62,953 nucleotides of DNA, filler included, from Circinaria calcarea (GCA_051942165.1; 23 parts of 23 records of this genome joined end to end with filler, not necessarily neighbours in it), one strand, 5' to 3'; shown: positions 1 through 13,494, counted from the whole stretch's first letter. Numbers and translations: made by a program. Notes: generated by a model not told the origin, from the letters alone.

Positions 1-1756
1 GAACAATAGCAGGATCGTGACTTCAAAGCCCCCAGCTGAAGCACACTCTGGACCACTGGTAGGATATGGCAGCGACGATGACAGCGATTGACTGGCATAA
101 TTCTTTGCAAGTCAAACTCATGGACAGTGAATAAGACTACTCCAATATTTATCTAGTCACGATATGCTATCTCTCCGAATCTGCTTAGTGCACAACAGCA
201 ACCCCACGAAGCGCATGTATGAGAGATCAGTTCCTCAAGGGTCTCAATACTGCATTCTCTCCCGAGAGAATTCGACCCGGGTATTGGCCCGAGCGCACTA
301 CAACACTAGTCGAGCAGCATATATCGAAATGAGGACAGAATCCTTCACACCCGAAACATCCATTAGTGCATCAGGGCCTAAAAAATAAGGCCTTCGACCC
401 CGGGAATACCCCCTACCACCTATACCCCTGTTTTCCTCCCACCTCCCAAAAGCCCCTTCCCGCACATTTCCCTTCCCTGCACAGCCTTCGCTCTCCACCT
501 CCCACATCCCCGCGCACTCCAAATCCCCCACACACCCATCAGATACTCTTCACCGCTCTCCATGGGATTTGTTAGGGGGGGTCCAGTCCCGGTGCAAGAG
601 GCGGTTAAGGTTAGCGAAAGGAGGATTTTGGGATGAGGAAGTTGCACGGCGGGTAGGCCGAGAAAAGGAAATGAGGATGGAATTTTTGGGGAAGTGGAAG
701 GGGGTTATAGAAGCGGTCGGGGGTTTAATGGGGGATTTGGACAGATGGACGGCGGCGCTTCGTTGTTATCCTACCTCTTGCGTTTTTCGGCAATTGGAGG
801 AGATTTGGTATTTTTTGCAATGATTATAGAAAGTTCCCTCCCTCCAACCCCCCAAAAAACGACAGTTTGTGACTTGAACACAGAAAGCTCGAATATATGT
901 ACTGAAGGATACTTCTCCATATTAATTGGTACACCGTTTTCCCCCCTACAAAGGATTCATACAGCCCTTTATTGAGGATTACCGGAGTTCGGTCGAAATC
1001 CCCGCGCTAACATCCAAATTATATGCCTGCGACCACAAGTATACTATTGGTATATAACTGCCAAGACGGTGCAGTATGAGCTCCACACCACACCACCGTT
1101 GACACTATCGCCAGCATTGCCACCCCTTTCCAACAACTTCTCCATTCCGATACCAGCAGAGCCTCGAACCAGGGTGCTAAGATTGGATCATATGTATTAG
1201 TAGTATCTTCAGGGAGCTGCATTTCACTTTACTCTCGAATGTGACTGGTACTTTAAGATCGATGAGGAGTGCACGAGTTTATAATTATATGTGATGAGAA
1301 GGCGTCGGCCCTCCTCCTCCGCCGCGATGAACCGTGCATTATTTTCATGAATTTACCTGCTATACGGAGTACTTGGTATTATGTATTTGACTCTCTATTG
1401 TCTATCTTAGGTTTTCACATGTATCAAAAGTGTACATTTACCTTGGGGGGGGAGGCATGACTGCTTACCAACTCCCCGAGATGTTAATTGCTGGAGCACT
1501 TGCTCAAGACGGACACCAGAGGATCATTGCAAGAGTATCGATCGATTGACCCCGAAAAGATGTATAGGATTCATGGCATTGAAAGGGAGAAGACTAGATC
1601 ATCTTATTTATATACGTTGGCAGTGCAACAGTGAAGGCACATACGACAGAGTCCTTTGACGTCGCATTCTTTGCTTCAACCTAGCGCACCTAGCTCAATC
1701 TCGTTCATGCCCTGACGATCTTTCTAAGACCCCTCACAGATAGCAGTCAGGAACAG

Positions 1757-2655
1757 CTATGGCGGCTTCCCCAGATCATAGTAAATGCAAGCTCGTGTGC
1801 GAAAGTTGTAGATGAACGCATTTCTCGTACTACCCCTGGCTTCAGTTGTCACGCTGCCGAGCAACTCGTGCAAACGATTTAGATACTGGCGTTCAGCCAA
1901 GGGGGCATTTTGGATGAATCTCCGCCAGCTCTCGGGATCAGACAGGCGGGTGTCTCTGAGACCTTCGAAGATGTCGTCCTTGGTCTCGATCGCGATAACA
2001 GGTCCATCGAGAAAGCCGTGTACAAGCTCTTGTGTACGGGTCGACGCTGCTCTCCATTAGCGATGATCTTGATCAATACTCAACAGAAGGGGAATTTACC
2101 TTCTTCAATGATGCTCCTACGATTCGTCTTCTTACCTCTGGTCTGTGATACAAGCACCCTAACATCGACTTCACGATCATTGAAACCAAGCTCCGGGTGA
2201 CTGCTCGGCTGCCGTAGTAGCCTAGTCTTTTGTGTTTTACCCTCGACTCTGTCCCGTTCTCGCATTTCACTTCGAAGCCAACCGACGAGCTCGGAGGCCC
2301 TGATTTCATGGTCCTCTTTTCGAGCACTGCGGACCTTCAGAACATCATCCTGCTTCACTATAACAATCCAGCTATGCGGAACTGTCTCCTCTCCGTTTTG
2401 TTGACGTCCAGGACCTTCACTCGATGCATCTATAACTAGCTCAGCACTGATGTCGTTGGCCCATAGCTCTTGCACAATCATTAAGCCGGTGGATCGTAGG
2501 GTAGCGGGATCAAGACTATCTATAAGAACATCGCAACGCCTGGGCGCCCATTCGCTTCGGGAACCTTCCTGCGGCTCTTTCAAGAAATGCTTGGTGAAGT
2601 TTTTTTGGTATCGTACCATTGAGGTCAGAAGCCTTTCCCAGCCACGGTTGAAGCC
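1757..2655 (-). CDS. GCN2: eIF2-alpha kinase GCN2/CpcC, C-terminal part (anticodon-binding-like and C-terminal domain); 5' truncated, one short intron
   Basis: Reads RRCDVLIDSLDPATLRSTGLMIVQELWANDISAEL...HSWIVIVKQ. A GTAAAT donor at 2099 and CTAAT branch site splice to an exon ending NAFIYNFRTRACIYYDLGKPP* (stop 1757-1759), typical of the Pezizomycotina GCN2 C-terminus. Confidence 0.85.
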
Positions 2656-2755
2656 NNNNNNNNNNNNNNNNNNNNNNNNNNNNNNNNNNNNNNNNNNNNT
2701 TAATTAATTAANNNNNNNNNNNNNNNNNNNNNNNNNNNNNNNNNNNNNNNNNNNN
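2656..2755. other. Artificial contig spacer (44 N + TTAATTAATTAA + 44 N); first of 22
   Basis: The same 100-bp spacer, with stops in all six frames, also starts at 5411, 8166, 10919, 13670, 16420, 19169, 21917, 24664, 27410, 30156, 32901, 35645, 38384, 41122, 43858, 46593, 49327, 52061, 54790, 57517 and 60236. Contig lengths between spacers never increase, running from 2655 down to about 2618 bp. Confidence 0.98.
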
Positions 2756-4116
2756 AAGTTCCCGATCAGATACACCCTATCCGCCTGATACTAAATTTTG
2801 CTACTACCCGCGAATTAAATGTAAAGATTGTCCTGGTAAGTTGTACACACCTGGTCCTGGCACGGGTGTGGATAATTTCGAGGTACATTTGAAGAACCGG
2901 CATCACAGAGAGAGGGTAGCAAGGAGATTGAATGGACTGGCGAATGTATAAACGTCATAGGATAAGGGTGTTTGTGAGGATGGACGCATGGATATGGCTT
3001 GCATGATTGTAACAGGAACGGTATCTTTCAATTCAATTGATTCGAATTGACTACTCCGCTATGATACCTATCTCTTGCTATATTGTGACAGAAAGAGAAT
3101 TCAGTGGCTGGTTTCTTCCCAAAAGCGTTAGCGGCTCGTTAGGGTATGTGAAGAAAAGGGTATTTACCAACATCTTGGTCATCGTCACCACTGACATCTG
3201 TACCCCCATCATCTGTATTGTCAGTGACCCTCAAGCTGCATCTTTACTCCTCCTTACTCTTCAGACTATCGCGACTGATCCTCTAGTCGTAGAGATTTTT
3301 ACCTGCAAGGTATGCCTCCTGGGTGAACGCGCCCTGACGCGGTTGTTCACTGCTTAATACTAATTGCCATGTAGAGCACACCGCATGCAGTCATGAGTTT
3401 CAGCAAAGCAAAGAAGTTGTTTGGTGGTCGTTCAGACCGAGTGTGAGTGGATTTCTCCATTTTATACACTTGTATCCTACCGGCGCTCTGTGTCTGGGTG
3501 GAAGAGCCTTTCGACCTCCTTCACCGCATATTAAGTTTTTGTGTTTGTTTCTGGGACATCTCCATAGGCAGAGAATTTCATATATACAAGAGATGTAAAT
3601 GCAGGGCTATTGAACAACGGTGGTGGACAAAGGGTAAGAATAAGAGGTGCCTTCCCTACCATCAAGACACTTTGCTATGTAGGTATGCATAGTCATCTAG
3701 CGGAATTGACCCTACTGCCTGAATACATTTCACACCACCATAGTTTGGTCTCTGGCGACTTTGTCTGCGGAGGACTTTGCTGCATACGCTGGCTTGTATG
3801 CTAGCGTCCCCAAATGATCAAATAAGTGATCGTTTCCTTTAAGCAGGCGGTCTGTGTGCGAGCTGTGTGCATCTAGATGGCAATACTCGTAGATCGTTGC
3901 CTGATGACATTGCCTTCGTTCTGCCGCGGTTTTGTTTACTTCGTTTCCTTTTGGCCCGGGGTCCCCGTTTCCGCCCATAGCCTTTCACTCTCACCTCTGC
4001 TTCCTTCATTTCTTCTTTACGGCTTTGTGCTTTCTGTCAGCTACCAGCTGTTTTCGCTGGAGGCATCTCTTTGGCTACCAATACATAAGCTTACTTGCAT
4101 TTGCAGCAGCTGGACG

Positions 4117-5410
4117 ATGTCTACCATCGACGAAGAAGGCGACAAGCCGTACGAAGATGAGATGCCGCATGAAGACGAGACATCCCATGAAGATAGCAAC
4201 CTGAATCAAGGCGACAAGCCTGACGGAGATGATTACCCCCACCGAGAAGGCGGCTCGGACGAAGATGATAGCTCAGAGGAAGGTGATAAGCCGTACGGGG
4301 ACGACAAGCCATACAATGCCAATCAACGCACTGGATTCATCCAGAGCTACGTCGACTGGAGCGTTTCAAATCTCGCCGAGACAGCCTCTCAAGTAATCGC
4401 AGCTGCGCTCGAAGAAACCAAAGCATTTGAAGAAATTGAAGAGCTCGAAGACACCAAGGAACTCGAAGACACTGAACATCTCGAAAACACCGAACAACTC
4501 AAAGATGCCGAGAAACTCAAAGATGTTGAACAACTTAAAGATACCGAACGAGTCGAAGATGCTCAACAATTCGTCGATGGCCCAATGACTGCAGGAGCAG
4601 TTGAAGAAATGCCAGCCAAAGTAGTGCAATCCAAACCCTGTCGAGCACCGAAGGAAACCTACTCCACCCTCATGTCCGAAATCCCTCTCAATCCCAACGC
4701 GCCTTCACCACATAAGTACACCATACGTCAACTCATCACAACCATCCGTCGCGAAAACATTGCTCTCCCGACCGAAGAACCCTTCCCAGAAGTTCCCCTC
4801 TCCGATCCACCGCCCGCCAATTTGGCCGACCTACGCAATGACGCAAAATACATGGCTTTCCCTCGTAAGCCCCCGCCTATCAGCACCGAGTATGCCGCAG
4901 AGCTGTTGAAGGAACAACGTCCAAAGGGCGACTTGCACCTCATCGGTGCGCCGGCCCCTTTTACAATCCATACGCGCAACGATTTCATCCGCTGCCAAGA
5001 GAGCCTCGTCGCCTCCGCCTCCGCCTCCGCCTCCACCAACGCTCGCCCGCTCTTCCTGCGTCTCCCGCCAAAGGTGCACCGCCAGATCCTCGCGCACCTC
5101 CTTGTTTCCCCGGGCCAAGTGACACCTTACCGCTACTTTGCCGACCCCGTCATCGCGCAGCTGGTCGGAAACACTCCCAAGCCGCAGGTTTCGCTCCTCC
5201 AAGCTTTCGTCGGCACAGCATGCGTCCGAGCGCTCGAAGCGGCGCGAGCGGTCCTCTACAAGCAAAACGTCTTCTTCTTCCGCGAGCCGCGCGATCTGAT
5301 GTTCTTCTACGGCGCCGTCGGCGAGGAGACGTGCCGGGAGCGATTGAGGCTGGGGGGGAATGTCCTGCTGAGTCATGACTTCTTTTACTCGGTTACGAAT
5401 GAGGATGAGC
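4117..5410 (+). CDS. Hypothetical protein: acidic repetitive N-terminus followed by an F-box-like motif; 3' truncated
   Basis: Long open frame, likely ATG at 4117 (MSTIDEE). Contains GDKPY-type and hexapeptide (EDTKEL/KDAEKL) repeats, then FLRLPPKVHRQILAHLL and 'ARAVLYKQNVFFF', as in fungal F-box-like hypothetical proteins. Confidence 0.65.
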
Positions 5411-7661
5411 NNNNNNNNNNNNNNNNNNNNNNNNNNNNNNNNNNNNNNNNNNNNTTAATTAATTAANNNNNNNNNNNNNNNNNNNNNNNNNNNNNNNNNN
5501 NNNNNNNNNNAGAGGAGAGATGGAGAGAGGAGTGAAAGGACGTACTTGACAGGCTATTGAAGTACTTTAGAAAGACGGACTTTGCGAGATGTCGGCGTGT
5601 GGCACAGCACCAACAGATGGAGTTGCTCGAGACAGAAACGTGCATGAACTGAAGTGGAAGTGTTCCGGTTAAATGCTCACACGGGTGAATCATTGATTCA
5701 CTATAGTGAATGCACACATGAGACATACGGCTTAGAGTTGCTGCTCACACCGGAGGGGGAAGGGCTACAGCGTAAAGTTGCCGTTTGCAATAGCCCCCGG
5801 GGCAAGTCAGAATGACGATTAAGAAGACCGTGGCCAATGGAATTATCAAATGTTCCTACAGACCCAAGTGACTGGCTTCCAAGCAGAGACTGAGAAACGA
5901 AGCAAGACCTACTCTCCCTTAACCACACGCCCTTACACATCCAAAGCCCATGACCTTCAATGCAACTCTGCATCCACCAGAGACTGGTAGACTCACATAT
6001 CACTTTCTCCCATCGGCAACCCTTTCCCCTGCGCTACTCCCAAAGGGAACGAGGACGTGGACAACACATCGCGCTGGCCGGGGTACGTTGCCGATTTAAG
6101 CATGCACGTGACTGAGAGCCCTTTCAGGGGCTACGATACTCGCTATTCCAGACCCTCAAGCGAGCTAAATAGATTCTCACAGGTATACTCGGCAGTGTTA
6201 CGCTTCCCTTTCCGAATCATAAGAGTTCTTACAGACTATCTTGCCTACCCATCCTTACGGAGATCTAAGAATTGACATACCAGGGATGTGAAAGTAATAG
6301 TTTGCTTTTAGCATGCGGTACAGGACAACTAAGGAGATTTATCGGATTCCTATTCATTAGTGGTCTAAACCTATAATCCGTTGCAAATTCGCAAAACTCC
6401 AGATTCTAAATCCCAAACCAGATCTCCAAATTATGTCAGAACCATAGAAAATCCAATCCCCACTCTCCATTCTAAATCACAAGCATGCTCCCAAAACCAA
6501 AAGACTTTTGAGTTAGATAATCGTCATATTCGAGATCCGTGTTCAAAAACCCCCAAACCCCGTAACCAGACACCCAAACCTTGCCTCCTCTATCCATAAG
6601 TAGACTATGGATACAGTTTGCAAGGGAATTTTGGAGATGGTGGTGAGAGAATCATCAGTGGTAGCCATTGGCTCCCTGATGATCGGTTAGAGATGTTCCT
6701 TCCAAAGATCTTGTAGAGATCGTATAAATCTATCTATTCATCCGTATATACGTACATACAGTACCTATAGTATCGGGGGCGTTATTTACACCCACACCAA
6801 CACCTACCAGTATCTCTCCTTCGACTCCAGACCTTCAACTCCACTCTCCAGACACTATGGATCGAGGTGCGAGGTTGGAAATAATTTGAATACGATAAAC
6901 TTGGATTCAAATTATTTTTCGGGCTTTTTCTTGCGGCCATAGGAGAGGGCAGTAGCAAAGAGGGAGCAGTAGTAAAGAGGAGAGGACAGTAGCAAAGAAC
7001 GGCAAGTCAGGATCAAGAGAGGGAGAGCAAGTCGGGCTAAGGAATGGATGGATGGAGTTGGCTGTAGTTGTAGATGGATAGATGGAGATGGTCGGTTGTC
7101 TGTCCGTGGGAGAAAAAAGGGCGGCGGAGGGAGAACTCGATATCTGGTATCTCTAGTTCCAGTTTCACACCTACGCAGGCAGTGGTTGTACGAGTGGGAA
7201 TGGAGTATTCAACATCGGAGCGGGCGGAAATATTCAGATTCCAGAGGGAGAAATCAGGGCCGAGTATACAGATTCCCATTCCACAACCACAGTCACAGTC
7301 ACAAATCACGTACTCGGAACGGAGACAAGGGGAGATTTTCTTTGATGGTCATTTCATAGCAAGCATCAAGTTACAATCCAAAGCCAGAAACCGAGTAAAG
7401 CAACCGAGCAAGCAAGCCCACCTCAACCCCAATCATCAGAAACCTCCAACAAGGAAAGCAAACGTCGTGGAGATTTCCATCGTTCATCCAGGCCCCCTGC
7501 AGCCAACTCAGCATTGTCAATTTTCGGTTCCAGTCCCTTTTGTGTTTTCTTTGTTCATCCTAATGCTCGGAAAATTCGTTATACGACAACATCGATGAAT
7601 ATCATGATGTGTAGTTAATGTAAGCTCCGGCGGTCTTGCGAGGATAAAATGTTAACCTCTA

Positions 7662-8165
7662 CTACTTCTTGCCGTTAATCGCCTCCTCGTCGCCATCAAC
7701 GTCCAAAATCTCGTACTCCTCGTCCGTCAAGAATCCATCATCTGTACTCTCATCATCATCTAGCTCGAGGTTCTCCACATCCTCGAGCAAGTCTTGCTCG
7801 GTGGTCGTAACGGGAGAAGGTGCAGCAGATGGGAGCTTTTGGTTCTGGTAGGTACTAGAAACAGGAGATTCCTTGTCAAGCTTGGGGAAGATCATCTGGC
7901 TCTGTTCTTCTTCCTTTGGCTCTTGCTTGACCTCAACCAAGATTTCCTTCTTGACTTCCTTGGCTACATCCTCAACATGCTCGATCTGGCTGCCCTCAAC
8001 GGCGGCAGGCTTTGTCTCAGGTGCATAGACGTCGATATCGCACCAAAGCTTGTGTCCGAATGACGTGCCATCAGCAGCCTTTAGGCGCCAGTAGGAGATG
8101 GCCTTTCCAACACGCTTAGGAGCTTTCATGGTAACATAGAAAGCAACTTCCTCACCAGCCTCAAC
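7662..8165 (-). CDS. NBR1: Nbr1-like (ZZ zinc-finger) autophagy receptor, C-terminus with FW/N_BRCA1_IG domain end and AIM/LIR motif; 5' truncated
   Basis: EVAFYVTMKAPKRVGKAISYWRLKAADGTSFGHKLWCDIDV matches the FW domain end. The acidic tail carries DEEYEILDV. Confidence 0.8.
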   Translation of the reverse strand, partial: VEAGEEVAFYVTMKAPKRVGKAISYWRLKAADGTSFGHKLWCDIDVYAPETKPAAVEGSQIEHVEDVAKEVKKEILVEVKQEPKEEEQSQMIFPKLDKESPVSSTYQNQKLPSAAPSPVTTTEQDLLEDVENLELDDDESTDDGFLTDEEYEILDVDGDEEAINGKK

Positions 8166-10573
8166 NNNNNNNNNNNNNNNNNNNNNNNNNNNNNNNNNNN
8201 NNNNNNNNNTTAATTAATTAANNNNNNNNNNNNNNNNNNNNNNNNNNNNNNNNNNNNNNNNNNNNACCTGGGCAGTGGTGGCACACTCGGCGACAGGATC
8301 GGGCGGAGTGCTAACCTCATTGTGGAGCCGATTCAAGACGACGAAGATGAAGAGTAAACGATAGCAACTGATAAACCTTCCAACATGAGAAGATAGATAT
8401 TGGCTAATCACGTTGTTCACGTAAAGCTACTCAGGTAGCTCCGCGATGTCTTGCAGCGCCTTTTATCGACTCGGCTCCGAAGGCTTCTATCGGATTCTAC
8501 CCTTGATAGTCTTTCCACGATACTCATTTACGGTACCAGAAGCCCTAAGTAGAGGTATCAAGAAGTACGAGCAGCCATTGTGTGTAATTTAAAATATTCT
8601 GCAGACTCTTTTGGGTAAGGCTCGCCATCTTGACTGAAATAGAATTCTGCAGCATGAACAGTCTATGCCCCTTCCTTGCTTCGGATTATTCAACTACGTT
8701 TAGTACAGATGCAGAGCATTCGTGATTCAGATATGTAAGTTCATTTTTATATACTTTCCATCATGTTGCAAATCTCCTATTCTGTCTTTGGTCATCGCGA
8801 GCGTTGAGAGGACCCTTTAAACCCCACCAAGCCCGTGGGATGTGAATAGAAGAACTTGGCTAGTCAAGTGGATCCTATTTTCTCAGCAGTATGCCACTGT
8901 TCCTCATAGGAAAATCTTCCGCACACTGCATACGAATTTTATAATGGTTCCAAGGTCCGTCCTATTACTATACCCAACTACACCTCTCCTCGACAGCTTC
9001 AATAGTCTTTCACATTTCCATCAAATACTGAGTTACTATTATATCCTGAAAATATACTATATTAGACATTAGGTCTAGTATAAGAACAGATGGAGGAACT
9101 CTCCCCTCTCAGACTCTATTCGCAATCTGTTTTTATATAATAGATAGAATCGAAGAATTCACCTTGCGTCGAGTGACCGACACTAGGTCCATATGTACAC
9201 TCAGCTTGGCACATATTATACGTGCGGATTTTCCCCCTTTCGTCACGCAGAAGAGCGTCTCCTACCATTGTTCATTCTGCTAAACCTCTCCTTATCTCCA
9301 TCCTCCGTCTCCCTCCTTCCTATATAGCAAGCACTTGATTATCCCATTTCTAGATGTCCATAAAACTAGCGTCTTGCTTTTTACTCAGGGAAAGCTAATC
9401 CCAGCATTCTGATCAAGCCCTAGAGTGGGCAATGGAATCCTATTAGTCTATGCCTGTACTGACACTCGTTCTTCCTCGTTGATACTTGTCTTGGGGTATT
9501 CTTCTTCCACAAATCTGAGTCCATCTTCACGTGTTTGGGTTCCTTGCGATTCTGATCCCGATTGTATTATCTGCTCCTCATCAGCCAGTTGAAAGGGTGT
9601 TCACTATCTATATAACTACAGCTGGTTGGAACTCCAGCGTACTTTCCGGTTTTTGTCGGTCTTGTTACTGTTATGAGTTCTTTTTCCTGGTGAGTCCGAA
9701 TCAAATCATTTGTACATTGCTCTGAATGGCTAATGAGCTTACTCGTTCGGATGGGCCTGAGAATCCCAGGCAAACATTTTCATGAACGGAATGGAAAGGC
9801 GGTATTGGTCAACCGCGGGGATGAGCGACAAGTTGCGAGAGGGTTCGGAAATGTGAATAGTTTAGGTAATATAGCATTCACTTGCCTCTATTATCATATC
9901 CAAACACAGGTAGATAGCAGGGTTTTCGCTCCGTAGGGGGTTTTTCGCCCATACATAGCTAATCGCTCCATAGGCTCTAGCTGGTGCTCAGTAGTGGAAT
10001 CGATCGAATAAATAAATATATCCATAAGTTTATCCCCTCTAATCTTCGACGGTCCGTCGTCCATGTTCTCCATCTTCCAAATTCTTCCCTGTTGCGTCTC
10101 AAAGAGCCATCAAGCTCCAAAAAGCCAGACATACTTCAAACCCGACCGAAATTCATAACCACAACCTTTCCACCATACAGTTGTGCCGGACTCGGCGGAG
10201 ATCCCACTAGTGTAAACAGCCGCCATTCCACCAGACAGTTGCTGCGGCTAAAATCTGGGCAGCTGTTCCTGAAAGGCTCTTTGCCCAAGCCATTCTTCGT
10301 CGGCTCAAGCTTAGGGTCCTATGCTTCGAAATGACTAGGCCAACGAGCAAGTCAACAGCCAAGGAGCTCAACCTTCTGACAGGATATGGTGTCGTTATGA
10401 TCGCAACCACCGTCGATGTTACCCGAATCGGGCCTGTTCCTGGCTTTCTTCTTCGTACCACACTATGTTTGCCTCTTTAACCAGCCATCTCATGCCGGTC
10501 TGTAACCATACGTGCTAAGGGACCCTGCTTCTTAATAACTGGTTGACGTATTCTCCGGGCATTCTAGTTCTCC

Positions 10574-10918
10574 TCACTCCTCGTCGTTATAATCACTCGG
10601 ACAGTCAATCGGTTCCCATTCAGCCCTCCACTTCGCCCAATTCGCAGCGATATCACAGCTTGATATCAATCCATATTTGAACAAAGCGTTCCTCTCAAAC
10701 TTCTTCCCTCCCACTACACCGGACATGATATCTATCCCGGACGCACTATTTCGCTCGATAAGCAGCTGCACGACCGTGCTATTACCTTTAATGGCCGCAG
10801 CCAGCAGTGCTGTCCAGCCCCAATAATTACGAGCGTTTATATCGGTGTCTTTGTGCTCCAAAAGTAAGCGTACCATGTTCTCGTGACCGTTCCAAGCAGC
10901 GTTTATTAACGGAGTATT
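10574..10918 (-). CDS. Ankyrin-repeat protein, C-terminal fragment
   Basis: TPLINAAWNGHENMVRLLLEHKDTDINARNYWGWTALLAAAIKGNSTVVQLLIE gives two ankyrin repeats. The frame is open from the contig edge. Confidence 0.85.
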   Translation of the reverse strand, partial: NTPLINAAWNGHENMVRLLLEHKDTDINARNYWGWTALLAAAIKGNSTVVQLLIERNSASGIDIMSGVVGGKKFERNALFKYGLISSCDIAANWAKWRAEWEPIDCPSDYNDEE

Positions 10919-11018
10919 NNNNNNNNNNNNNNNNNNNNNNNNNNNNNNNNNNNNNNNNNNNNTTAATTAATTAANNNNNNNNNNNNNNNNNNNNNNNNNN
11001 NNNNNNNNNNNNNNNNNN

Positions 11019-12029
11019 CCAGTAACGGCTCGATCATGCCAACAACGATATGTTACACCCCCTTCCTCAGAAGTAAGCCTACAACTGATAAATGATAGAA
11101 CTTTTCGGGTCTGCAACGCAGATATCGAGACTGCTTCTTCATTTACGGTTACCACAGTGGAATCGGACCTCCCACAACTTCCCCCCTCTGAGGAGTCTCT
11201 GTCAAGTGAACGTCTTGTACTCGAAAGTCTCGAGCTCTCGGAAACGGACGAGGAAGCGGTCACGGAAACAGAGGAATTTCCCATGCGACCTCCAGAGCTC
11301 GTTGGGTCATATCCCATTCTCGAAGACTTCCCAAGAAACCACCAAGTAAATATACGTCTGTCCGGACCATACAGCCGCTATCCCCCGTTTGCTAACCATC
11401 CTCAACGGTTTGCGACGCGCGCAGGACCATCCGAGCATAGCGAACAGGAAGACACGGCAGACAGCTGGATCCTCATCAAACCTAAGCCCCTTGAGGAACG
11501 GCTCACCAGACGGTGGCGGGATAGGACACCCTTTCCCTGCGCTCCTCCCATGCCAAGCTTCCCAGTCGGCTACCTCCTCACTCCAACCAAGATAAAGCAG
11601 AAGCGAAAGAAAGCCCATGTCTTCATCTACCGCGGCCGAAGCCCAGCCCCAAACGCCCTTCCTCCCGTCCTACGTGTTGGCATCCCAGACGAGATTCGAC
11701 CAGGACCACCCTCGCTCTCGAAGCTCGCCGCCTTCGTCCGTCCTCCTCTCCGCAAACTCCACACACGACCGATGAAAGTTCCCACTCTCGAGCCTCCCAT
11801 CGAATCTCACACCCTCATCCATGACCAAGCTGCTGTCTCGACCACCCTGTCGACCAGTCAAAGCCAACTCGGTCTCCATTCCTACACAAACCGGCACCGT
11901 CGCAGGCAAAGATACTTGCGCATGGGCCCGGAGGAATGGTTTCGGAGAAGGGCTGAGATTAGGGCGCTGGTGGCGAGGCTCAATGACGCGGTTGCGGGTA
12001 TTGGGGGTGGGTTTCATATAGAGTTCTAA
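11019..12029 (+). CDS. Hypothetical Pro/Arg/Ser-rich protein, C-terminal part
   Basis: Frame is open from contig start 11019 to TAA at 12027-12029 (over 330 codons). No recognisable domain. Confidence 0.5.
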   Translation, partial: PVTARSCQQRYVTPPSSEVSLQLINDRTFRVCNADIETASSFTVTTVESDLPQLPPSEESLSSERLVLESLELSETDEEAVTETEEFPMRPPELVGSYPILEDFPRNHQVNIRLSGPYSRYPPFANHPQRFATRAGPSEHSEQEDTADSWILIKPKPLEERLTRRWRDRTPFPCAPPMPSFPVGYLLTPTKIKQKRKKAHVFIYRGRSPAPNALPPVLRVGIPDEIRPGPPSLSKLAAFVRPPLRKLHTRPMKVPTLEPPIESHTLIHDQAAVSTTLSTSQSQLGLHSYTNRHRRRQRYLRMGPEEWFRRRAEIRALVARLNDAVAGIGGGFHIEF

Positions 12030-13422
12030 GGGGAAGAGTCGAAGGAGTGGATAGCGGCTGGAGGTCGGGGCGGTGGCTTGGTAAAATGGGAGCTTACATG
12101 ACACTTTGAGCTTAGGGTATTGGTGGGAGGGAAGTTATCTACGAGGTAGGTCGTGATGTACATAGGGAGTATTACAGTGCCATGCTGGGAACGCATGTTT
12201 AATACCATTCATTAGGAACCATTCATCTCTTCTATGTGATTTAAAAACTCCGGGAGTAGTTGAAACAAGGATTTATATCTCTCCAACAAACCTCCGGTAA
12301 CAATAATATCCACGGTCTATTTCAAACCTTATGTAACCGCTTTAATCGATACCACTTCCCTTTCTCATCCCATTTTTCAAACGTCAACATCGGGAGAGCT
12401 CATCTTCTATCTTTCCCCCTCGATATCCCTTATTATTCTTGAAAGTCCTCATGTCTAATCCCATTTAAACCGAGCCAAAGAAGAAAAAGAAAAAAAAATC
12501 TCTGGACTTCTGCCCAATTTTAACCTGTTCCGCCGGATTTTTTCACATTCCAGGTATAGAGAGATCTGCAATGCAAAGACTCTTCTTTTTTTTGATTTAA
12601 ATGGATCGGTAAATTCTCTCTTTCCGCTAGGAATGTGTGATCCTGTCCGAAAGTTGATCTCTTGAGTTTTTGTTGAAATTACTCAACTGGAGTGTGTCGT
12701 GCGAGAATAGATCGATTTCCTTTTGATATCAGTAGTCCGGGATGGGCAACTGTTCTCGTTTTTTGTTCGTTGTGTTAGTGTGATTGAAAGCTAAATAAAT
12801 CTCCCACAGTAGTATTTGTTGAATGTGTGAAACGGCTGTGGAATTGCTATGTGGGAGACTCGCTACTTATAGATGAATGACACTAACGCTAGGCCTAATA
12901 CGGTCCATAGGGCGACTTCTAATAGTATTTGTGAAATTCCTCCAAACTGATACCCTCATCTCCCTCGGCCTATTTATCGATATTTCCCCCCCAACCGCCC
13001 ACTGTCTTTCCGCCCCCCGTTGCTTGCTGCCTTTAGAGGTAGATTTCTGGAATCTTACCGTCACATTTTCCACCGTAAACTCGTTCGTTTCAAAAGGGGG
13101 CACCGGCTTATGCTCTCTTGTCCCCAAACATCTTATCACAAGATCCCATGCCTAACTCCCTCCTCATGCATACTTCTCAATTCTGATGACTGTAGGTTTG
13201 GAGTTTGCAGATGCCTATAAAAGATGCGCTTGCCTTGTTGAAATTTGGGTGGATGTTTACAATTTCGGCAAATAGTCCCGTTGGGATTTTTTTGGGAAGA
13301 GTTTTTCTTTTAGAATTCTTGCCGCTTTTTTGACATTTTTACTGAATGTTGGAAATGTGATGGAAGGTGTGGATTTGCGTGCAGATAATCCTATTACCGA
13401 AGTCCTTTTTTAAATTTATTCG

Positions 13423-13494
13423 GAAATATGCAATTTCATCCCCCAAGAATTTGAAATATGCAATTTCATACCCTAAGTTGCAAGTTCATACCCC
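13423..13494. repeat. Three imperfect direct repeats of (GAAATA)TGCAAwTTCATmCCC; possible solo transposon terminus
   Basis: GAAATATGCAATTTCAT occurs at 13423 and 13453 (30-bp period). A third copy, TGCAAGTTCATACCCC, is at 13479. Confidence 0.55.

Noticed and set aside
164..1460. Numerous 60-100 aa ORFs here and in other intergenic regions
   Set aside because: Many start at GTG/TTG, overlap each other or are antisense to real genes, and lack recognisable motifs. This is expected by chance in eukaryotic DNA.
6940..7000. Imperfect repeats of GAGxGCAGTAGyAAAG
   Set aside because: Only three short purine-rich degenerate units, consistent with simple slippage.
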